Shown here: piece after piece, positions 9,509 to 16,052 of the stretch | How the letters are laid out: the number at the start of each line of letters is the position of its first letter | Position numbering within the stretch: position 1 is the first letter of the stretch | Assembly (NCBI GenBank): GCA_008080735.1 | Contig: SHMW01000090.1 | Span: forward strand, 1-17,500 | Length of the DNA stretch: 17,500 bases | Direction of reading: 5' to 3' | From: Promethearchaeota archaeon | Lineage (GTDB): Archaea > Asgardarchaeota > Lokiarchaeia > Sigyniarchaeales > SOKP01 | Position numbers and translations under genes: made by a program | Notes under the pieces: model-generated | What the model was told of the DNA's origin: nothing | Seen by the model: only the letters and a program-made list of their open reading frames with translations | Databases searched by the model: none

Positions 9509-10687
9509 ATGGATGTATATTCAAAAATACTCGAAAAATGCTTGGAGAATTCATTTGATTTTTTTGCCAGTCTTCCTTGTTCTTACAACATTCATCTTAT
9601 TAGAGAATTAGAAGGGCTTCACAAAACTTATGAATGTAAAAGCGGAAACACCTTGCTGCATATTCCATTAGTTAGGGAAGAGAGTGGCGTAGCATTAAGT
9701 GCTGGGGCATATATGGGCGGTCGAAGAACTGCGATGGTTATACAAAATCAGGGCTTAGGAAATATGTTAGGGCAGCTGTTCTCGTTCAATAGCCAAATGC
9801 AGGGTTCATATAAGATTCCTAATCTATATATTATCAGCCATCGTGGGACAAACGGAGAAAAGATTGAAGCACAGAAGCCTATGGGAAAAAGAACTCCTGA
9901 CCTTTTGGAATTAGCTGATATAAAATATTGCGTAATAGAGAAGGTTTCTGATCTTAAAAAATTTGACGATCTGTTGGTAGAGTATGAGAAAGGATACAGC
10001 ATAGCTTTACTAGTAAAACCAAATTATATTAACCCTCCCGAAAGAATTAGGAACGATAATGTAATAGTTAGGCGATATCAGCAACAGGAGATCGACGCGG
10101 TTGAAATTGCACCAGAGATTAGCCGATATAAAGCCATTGAAATTATTCTTAATAATCTTAATGATGAGTTTGTACTTTCCAATATTGGACACCCTAGTAG
10201 GGAATTATGTGATATTCACGACCGAGATCGTAATTTCTATCTTACCTCTTCTCTTAGTCAAAGTTATATGTTAGGTCTTGGATTTGCTTTAACTGTTTCA
10301 GAAAGAAACCAGAAAGTTATCTGTTTTGAAGGTGATGGTGGAATCTTGATGAATGCATCATCATTATCATTAGTAGCTCAATACGCGCCTAAAAACTTTA
10401 TATTGATCGTGCTGGACAATGGGGTATATGGATCCACTGGTAATACCGATACCTATGCCAAAGAGTCCATAAATATTAGTGGCGTGGCTCAAGTGTATGG
10501 TTTCCACAAAGAAAAGATATTTACTCTTTCTAAACCAGCCCAAATACAAAAACAATTAGCAATAGCATTAAAGAACAATGGACCGCATTTATTTCATATT
10601 TTAGTTACAGAAACGTTTGAGAAGGTTCCCACCATCCCTCTTTCGAATATAGAGATTAAAGCCAGATTTATGAAAAACATAGAATAA
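9509..10687 (+). CDS. comDE: Fused sulfopyruvate decarboxylase alpha+beta (ThDP-dependent)
   Basis: The alpha half has SLPCS, REESGVALSAGAYMGG, QNQGLGN and SHRG..GEKIEAQKPMG. The beta half has SNIGHPSREL, DRDRNFY and the ThDP motif GDG...DN..YGSTG. ATG at 9509; the ORF track starts at TTG 9497. Confidence 0.82.
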   Translation: MDVYSKILEKCLENSFDFFASLPCSYNIHLIRELEGLHKTYECKSGNTLLHIPLVREESGVALSAGAYMGGRRTAMVIQNQGLGNMLGQLFSFNSQMQGSYKIPNLYIISHRGTNGEKIEAQKPMGKRTPDLLELADIKYCVIEKVSDLKKFDDLLVEYEKGYSIALLVKPNYINPPERIRNDNVIVRRYQQQEIDAVEIAPEISRYKAIEIILNNLNDEFVLSNIGHPSRELCDIHDRDRNFYLTSSLSQSYMLGLGFALTVSERNQKVICFEGDGGILMNASSLSLVAQYAPKNFILIVLDNGVYGSTGNTDTYAKESINISGVAQVYGFHKEKIFTLSKPAQIQKQLAIALKNNGPHLFHILVTETFEKVPTIPLSNIEIKARFMKNIE

Positions 10688-10788
10688 GTAAATTTTTTTG
10701 AAATTTAATCACTGATTTTTCTCGTATTTATTCAAGAGTAAAAATTTAAACCAAGAGAAAAGAAAATGGGAAAAAGAAAAATAGATCT

Positions 10789-11082
10789 TTAGTCTAAAAA
10801 CATCTCTTCTGCTTTATTTTTTCGTAGTCCCGTCTGAGACCAGAGCTCTTTGAAATAATAACTGCCATCCATAATTACAACGGGAGTGTTCACAATGCAT
10901 TCATCAGCATCGCAGAACGTCTGGACGAAGTTTTTATCTTGAAGAAGCTGATTCACAAATTTTTCATCATTTATGTCTTGCTCTATATATTTCACATCAT
11001 TTTCATTAAGCCATTCCTTCAGTTCATGACACCTATGGCAATCTTCCTTTGTAACTATTATTGGGAGCTTCATTTCGGTCAT
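10789..11082 (-). CDS. Glutaredoxin/NrdH-like thioredoxin-fold protein
   Basis: CHRC active site, NTPVV cis-Pro loop followed by DG; SD-like GAGGT about 6 nt upstream on the minus strand. Confidence 0.8.
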   Translation of the reverse strand: MTEMKLPIIVTKEDCHRCHELKEWLNENDVKYIEQDINDEKFVNQLLQDKNFVQTFCDADECIVNTPVVIMDGSYYFKELWSQTGLRKNKAEEMFLD

Positions 11083-11249
11083 ATAAATATACCTCTTATA
11101 TTCGAATTTTTCTGTTTTTTCTATTATGTTTTTGATATTGTGAGAAAATTTTAAATTTTCAGATTTTAAATTATAAAATTCTGGTAAAAGAGGGTGAATC
11201 AGAAATAATTAATACTTCTACTCATAAATAAAAAAAGAAAAAAGGGGAT

Positions 11250-11768
11250 TTAATAATATTCTTCCCTTGGGAGTATTCCACTGATTATTCCTACAAATCC
11301 TCCGGCTATCACCAAATATGAACCTAATCCAACACCGCCTAAATCCAGATAAAACGGAATTACACCATCAATAATTGGTTTTTCCGTTAAAAGAATTAAC
11401 ATATAGTTTATCTGGGCTACATCCAAAGACATTAATATATCCAACACTGCAATTATGCCGACCCCTAAGGGAAATAAAGAGAAAATCAAAATAACTGCTC
11501 TGCTCTTTACACCTATCAATTGAAAAATTCCAGAAATTGCAAAAATAATCATAAGAATAATTAGGATATAGGCTACCCATTCACCACCCAATGCGGCGCT
11601 ATAAGAGCTCACATTTTCAAAAGTTGTAGTTATTCCTTGAAATAGTCCAATAGCGGAAGCAACCGAATCTGGAGCCAATCCTTCGTACATAGCAAATAAA
11701 TAGGAGCCTAAGATCGTTAGTAAACCAGCCACTACTGCCAAATATTTACCCGCTGATATTTTTCTCAC
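11250..11768 (-). CDS. Hypothetical integral membrane protein (about 4 TM)
   Basis: 172-aa ORF with four Gly-rich hydrophobic segments, followed by an oligo-T run on the minus strand. Confidence 0.75.
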   Translation of the reverse strand: MRKISAGKYLAVVAGLLTILGSYLFAMYEGLAPDSVASAIGLFQGITTTFENVSSYSAALGGEWVAYILIILMIIFAISGIFQLIGVKSRAVILIFSLFPLGVGIIAVLDILMSLDVAQINYMLILLTEKPIIDGVIPFYLDLGGVGLGSYLVIAGGFVGIISGILPREEYY

Positions 11769-12007
11769 CGAAAATTTTGAACTAACTTATATGAGTTATA
11801 TTCCATTAAAAACTTTACTAATGAGGGTGAATAAGAGACAAATTATGATTACACAAATGTTTCTTCCCTTAAATTCTCAAATAAATCCAGATAGGGATTT
11901 TACATCTCTCCTCTTTATAAGAAAGCAAATAAAGACTAGGTTTTTTAGATTCTCATTACTAAAAACTATTAGAAAAATAGAATTTTGTAATAAGAGAAGG
12001 TGAATTT

Positions 12008-12469
12008 ATGATAAAATTGAAAAAATCCAACCTAATTAAGCGAGTAAAAACCGCCCAATTCATCGGAAAACAGCTTTCACGATTAAAAGCGGGGCAATCG
12101 TATTACTCCATCGCAGTCTCGACCGTGAGCGCAATCTCGCTCATCTCATTAGCATTTAAGATCACTTTTTGGATGCTTATTATCGCATTTCCGGTGCTTC
12201 TCTTTTTCGCGTACATTATTGGCTATTTTATGGATGTCTACAACATTAATACAATGGATACGCTCAAATCAAACGAGATTGCGCAGAGATTTCTCACTAC
12301 AAGCGATTTAAAAAACCAAGAATTTCAACTTTTACAAACGGAAATCATTCTAAAAGCGATTCAAGCGATTCAAGAGGGGGAAAAATTAGACCCGAACGAA
12401 TTATTGGGGAAATACCAAGATTATTATGCTAAATGGAAATATCCCGACCCAATGGCAGAAAAAAGATGA
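12008..12469 (+). CDS. Hypothetical protein with two central TM helices
   Basis: 153-aa ORF with an SD-like AAGGTGA 4 nt upstream of the ATG, a basic N-terminus, a hydrophobic hairpin and a helical C-terminus. Confidence 0.72.
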   Translation: MIKLKKSNLIKRVKTAQFIGKQLSRLKAGQSYYSIAVSTVSAISLISLAFKITFWMLIIAFPVLLFFAYIIGYFMDVYNINTMDTLKSNEIAQRFLTTSDLKNQEFQLLQTEIILKAIQAIQEGEKLDPNELLGKYQDYYAKWKYPDPMAEKR

Positions 12470-12496
12470 AAAGGCTATTTAAGAAAAAGAAAGAGT

Positions 12497-13564
12497 TTAT
12501 ATGATATTTCTAATGAACCATCGGAGTGCTTCCAGAGTTTTTTTATCATTATTTAATAAATTTACAGGAAAATATTCGATTTTCACGTCGCACTCGTTTA
12601 TTTGATCAATTTGAAAAGTATCGTTTACTATCTCTTCGGAAACTTCTTCATGGTAGGTAAATTTATTACCGATGATGAGTATGGGGATGGTATCCTCAAG
12701 CTCATGATTACATATTTTTTTCACAATAATTTTAAAGCGTTCCTTTGCATCAATAATAGATTGTTTATCGGACACATTGAATATAAGTATAAATCCTTGC
12801 GCCTTATTGATACATCTATTACTTCTTCCACATTGTTCACATTTAAATTGGTTATCAATACACTCTTCCATCAAAATTTCCATATTGTCAATTACCACTT
12901 CTAAGATTTGGGTGCCTAATCCGCTGTCATCTTGACTATGGAATTGCAGTGCTTCGATATTTTTGAGGAATGTTGTCTTTCCCGCATGATCTGCCCCAAA
13001 GATAAAAACTTTTTTAAGTTCATCCTTTGATTTCTGGAGGAAAGGGCCCTCCTTCATGCATAAGGTCTTAAAATAGGATTTGAATAGATTTATAAACTTT
13101 TTTTGGAAAGATTTGTTGCCTAATGAAATTAAATCTTGCTGATTTTCAATATCCTTATTTTGGTTCAGTATTCGCGAGAAATCTTCTAATTGTTGTAATT
13201 CAGAGGCAAATTCTTCTAAAATTGGGGTTTTCGATTCCAAATAGCGATAAATATCAGAAATTTCGGATTTAAAATATGCGGCTCGAATCATGTAAGAAAT
13301 CATCAGCAAGTCTTTCCCTCCCCTCGCATATTCACTTTCCAGATAGAAAATATGGTTAACCGTTTGGTATTTTCGAAAGGCAAATATAAATGTTCCTTCT
13401 TCATTATTAAAATCAAGAATTCTACCTAAATCAGGAAATTCCTCACGATCCGATAATTCTGCATTGCAATGAAAGGTGTTAGGGCCGATAATTCTGTCAA
13501 AATAACTTATGCAGAGAATTTCTGTGAGCGGCATATCTAAGGATAAATAATCCTTTTGAGGCAA
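12497..13564 (-). CDS. uDENN/longin-like domain fused to a degenerate Ras-superfamily small GTPase domain (eukaryotic signature-type protein)
   Basis: N-terminal SYFDRIIGP and HIFYLESEYARG motifs. C-terminal KVFIFGADHAGKTT P-loop, AQGFILIFNVSDKQS, and IPILIIGNK (G4 lacking Asp). No DxxG G3 motif. Start is TTG 13564 or ATG 13534. Confidence 0.8.
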   Translation of the reverse strand: MPQKDYLSLDMPLTEILCISYFDRIIGPNTFHCNAELSDREEFPDLGRILDFNNEEGTFIFAFRKYQTVNHIFYLESEYARGGKDLLMISYMIRAAYFKSEISDIYRYLESKTPILEEFASELQQLEDFSRILNQNKDIENQQDLISLGNKSFQKKFINLFKSYFKTLCMKEGPFLQKSKDELKKVFIFGADHAGKTTFLKNIEALQFHSQDDSGLGTQILEVVIDNMEILMEECIDNQFKCEQCGRSNRCINKAQGFILIFNVSDKQSIIDAKERFKIIVKKICNHELEDTIPILIIGNKFTYHEEVSEEIVNDTFQIDQINECDVKIEYFPVNLLNNDKKTLEALRWFIRNII

Positions 13565-13700
13565 ATAATTTATATTTTATATTTTAAAAGATCAAGATGA
13601 GTTCTTGATTCAATTGGAAAAAAACTCATTAGCTCTATGCATATTTTATAAAGACTATCTTTAATAAAATTAGGTAATTTTGTTCTTTTAAAGAAGTCTA

Positions 13701-13760
13701 CTATTCACTCATAAATAACGCTTATTTGAGTAAATAGCTTAGAACCTATATTTTTATAAA
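13701..13760. promoter_or_regulatory. Long imperfect inverted repeat immediately upstream of a TATA box for the glutaredoxin-FTR operon
   Basis: CTATTCACTCA-TA-AATAA-cgc-TTATT-TGAGTAAATAG at 13701-13737, then TTTATAAA at 13753-13760. Confidence 0.45.
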
Positions 13761-13780
13761 ACAAAAAAGTCTAATAAAAA

Positions 13781-14122
13781 ATGATTCAACCTGGTGAGAA
13801 TGGAATGGAAAAAATGGAATTTCCGGAATATATAGAAGAATTAGCAACTAAAGTGGAAGGAAAGAACGACAAACGAGATATGATAGCTTTTACGCTTTCT
13901 ACATGTCAATGGTGTAAGAAATTCAAACGTTATATGGAAGAGCATGATGTTGCGTTCAGATATGTTGATGTTGACCAAATAGACCCCAACGATAAAGCAC
14001 AAATTCTAAATTTTTTGCGCAATAGTTTTAGCAACAGAATATCTTATCCATTTTTGATATGTGAAGGAGAAGCTGTCGTAGGATACAATCCTAATAAATA
14101 TGAGGAATTATTAGAAGGATAG
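13781..14122 (+). CDS. Glutaredoxin, methanoredoxin-like
   Basis: LSTCQWCKK active site, ISYP cis-Pro loop and AVVGY. Resembles Methanosarcina methanoredoxin (LSTCVWCKK, recalled). An alternative start at ATG 13805 is preceded by GGTGAG. Confidence 0.88.
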   Translation: MIQPGENGMEKMEFPEYIEELATKVEGKNDKRDMIAFTLSTCQWCKKFKRYMEEHDVAFRYVDVDQIDPNDKAQILNFLRNSFSNRISYPFLICEGEAVVGYNPNKYEELLEG

Positions 14123-14133
14123 GGTGTGTAAAT

Positions 14134-14514
14134 GTGAGTTTTAATTTAGAAAGTAAGGAAGGAATGAAAGAATATTGCGATGTCATATGCGAAAGAAATG
14201 GCTGGATTCTTCAAAAAGATACTGAAACCCTGAATGATTTACTCGAAGGTTTAGTTGAGAATAAAAAAAATTACGGATATCAGTCATGTCCTTGCCGGTT
14301 CGCATGTGGAAAGAGAGATTTGGACAGAGATCTTATATGTCCTTGTGAATATGCGCCTCTTGATATCGAGGAATATGGAACTTGCTATTGCAACTTATTT
14401 TTAAGCCCCGATTATTACGAGAGATATGACAGAAAATTCGTGCAGATACCAGAACGACGTCCTGTAGAAAAGGAGAATGCCGTTTTAGAGTATATGAATG
14501 AAAAAGTTGATTAA
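14134..14514 (+). CDS. Ferredoxin:thioredoxin reductase catalytic-subunit family (ferredoxin:disulfide/glutaredoxin reductase)
   Basis: YGYQSCPCR, DLICPC, GTCYCNLF (CPC/CPC/CxC) and IPERRP motifs; 11 nt downstream of the glutaredoxin, with a GGGTG SD-like site. Confidence 0.92.
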   Translation: MSFNLESKEGMKEYCDVICERNGWILQKDTETLNDLLEGLVENKKNYGYQSCPCRFACGKRDLDRDLICPCEYAPLDIEEYGTCYCNLFLSPDYYERYDRKFVQIPERRPVEKENAVLEYMNEKVD

Positions 14515-14521
14515 TGTGTGA

Positions 14522-14548
14522 TTTTTTGCCCTTTTTTCTTAATTTTTT
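14522..14548 (+). terminator. Oligo-T terminator (putative)
   Basis: TTTTTTGCCCTTTTTTCTTAATTTTTT follows the FTR stop codon. Confidence 0.45.
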
Positions 14549-14669
14549 TAAATTATAAGTCTGCTCTTCTCGATTTTAAAAGGAATTACGCTTATTATCC
14601 ACACCTCACTCCGAAAATCAATATTTTATAATCTGAATTTTTTTATATTTTAGATTGTGTGTAGATAAT

Positions 14670-14828
14670 ATGTCTAAGGAAGATCTAACAGATGAAGAAA
14701 TAGAAGAGATGCTTGAGAAAGATTTAAAAGCAAACGAAGCCAAGAAAGATAATTGTGGAACCGCTATCCCTCCAAATAGGGAAGTGGGAGTTCAGAGAAA
14801 TCAAGTTAAAATGAAAAAAGAAGAGTAA
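14670..14828 (+). CDS. Small hypothetical protein, 52 aa (below the ORF-track cutoff)
   Basis: MSKEDLTDEEIEEMLEKDLKANEAKKDNCGTAIPPNREVGVQRNQVKMKKEE*. Purine-rich coding-like composition in an otherwise T-rich gap, TATA-like elements upstream (14624-14631, 14641-14648), tandem TAA TGA stops and an oligo-T run downstream. Confidence 0.7.
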   Translation: MSKEDLTDEEIEEMLEKDLKANEAKKDNCGTAIPPNREVGVQRNQVKMKKEE

Positions 14829-14832
14829 TGAC

Positions 14833-14867
14833 TTTTTTTTGTTTTTCTTATTTTTTATCCTTTTTTT
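14833..14867 (+). terminator. Oligo-T terminator (putative)
   Basis: Long T-rich tract immediately after the small ORF. Confidence 0.45.
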
Positions 14868-14886
14868 AATGAAGATCAAGTATTAG

Positions 14887-15954
14887 CTAAGATTTTTCTT
14901 TTTGTTCGAGAATTTTCAATTCCGTAATAGCTCCGATCTCATTAAATTTGGAAGGTTTTATTGCTAATTCCTTTCCCGTCAGTTTGTTAACTATCGATGC
15001 GCTAAAAAGAGCCCATGGACATACCGCATCTTCAAGTTCTTGTTCATTCATAACGCTTCTTACTCTGGCAGTCGAACAATTAATAGATTCAATCGTAAAG
15101 GTGTCTTCCGATTTCCATTTGATTTTAATCTTCTCAGCCATCTCGATTTCTTCAGCCATTTTTGAAAACTCTTTCATCGCATCGTTCAAGCTCATGCGTT
15201 CCAGTTTTTTCATGTCAAATCCTGACATGTTCATCATTCGCTCAATAAATTCATAGGTCTCTGGTACGACATATTTATATAGTGCGGGTTTACCAAGAAG
15301 CTCTTTCGCTGAGCGTTCATAGCCGAATGTTATACCATGTAAGATAAAAGCAATTTGATTAATAGAGAACCTATCCTTCTCCTTTGTTGCCTCTCGAGTT
15401 TGATTCATGACAATTAGAAAAAGGACAAATCCAATGATAAATGGGACAATTCCAGTCCAAACAATATTCGGCGGTACCAAAATCACAGATCTCGTAAAAC
15501 CCGGATATACAACAAAATAAAAATTATATAAACTTGTCCAGTGGGAGATACTCCATCCGATAACGCCTATTGGCCCGAGGATATGGCCATAATTATATAT
15601 ATCGTCCTTTCTAAATTTCGCAATAATCAATTTCGTAGATACGAGCACCAATGCTAAAAATCCACCAAACCATGCATGAGACCATATTCCCGAGGGACGA
15701 TATAAATTAGGGTCACTGGCAAGAACGTGTTGAGCAAACATATAGAGGCACTGGCCAACAATCACGAAGAAAATTATCCCTTCGATCCTTCCAAACCATT
15801 TATGAGCTTTCACCAATTTGAGATTTCCTTTCATCAAGTTCAAATCTTTTATATTAGCCAATCCAATACATGCATTCGCAATAACAAAACTATACCCGAT
15901 AAACGTCTGTAAAATCATTAATTCTATCCAAATTTCCATCCAAAATGGCGGCAT
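14887..15954 (-). CDS. Membrane protein: cytochrome b561/DUF6529-like N-terminal domain fused to a V4R/methanogen-output-domain-like C-terminal domain
   Basis: About 5 TM helices with the pattern HKWFGR...CL...HAWFGG...K...HWTS. The soluble C-terminus has FTIESINC...VCPWALF...KLTGKEL, a V4R-like two-Cys pattern. Confidence 0.65.
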   Translation of the reverse strand: MPPFWMEIWIELMILQTFIGYSFVIANACIGLANIKDLNLMKGNLKLVKAHKWFGRIEGIIFFVIVGQCLYMFAQHVLASDPNLYRPSGIWSHAWFGGFLALVLVSTKLIIAKFRKDDIYNYGHILGPIGVIGWSISHWTSLYNFYFVVYPGFTRSVILVPPNIVWTGIVPFIIGFVLFLIVMNQTREATKEKDRFSINQIAFILHGITFGYERSAKELLGKPALYKYVVPETYEFIERMMNMSGFDMKKLERMSLNDAMKEFSKMAEEIEMAEKIKIKWKSEDTFTIESINCSTARVRSVMNEQELEDAVCPWALFSASIVNKLTGKELAIKPSKFNEIGAITELKILEQKEKS

Positions 15955-16052
15955 TATGCAATTTCCTTTGTATGTAATTTAATAGAAATGTAAGGAAAAG
16001 CAGAATATTAATATACCATTTTTAGATTATTTGAAGTCCAAATTTAAATTGA

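Noticed and set aside
9509-10687. Phosphonopyruvate decarboxylase, or evidence of methanogenesis
   Set aside because: SLPC, REES and YGSTG fit ComDE better than Ppd (GVPDS, NEG, VGGQ). No PEP mutase or mcr genes are in the window, and ComDE alone does not imply methanogenesis.
11791-12003. 70-aa ORF in the divergent gap
   Set aside because: It occupies the promoter region of two divergent genes and has a composition typical of translated AT-rich intergenic DNA, with no motif.
5924-13716. ACTCATAAAT recurring in three intergenic regions (5924, 11220, 13707)
   Set aside because: It is an AT-rich 10-mer in inconsistent positions relative to genes (one copy is probably an SD-like GAGTG on the minus strand), so it is compatible with chance.
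9410-14620. CTCAC-N1-3-GAAAAT look-alikes at about 9412, 11764 and 14605
   Set aside because: Spacing is variable, and one copy is simply the GTG start region of a gene.
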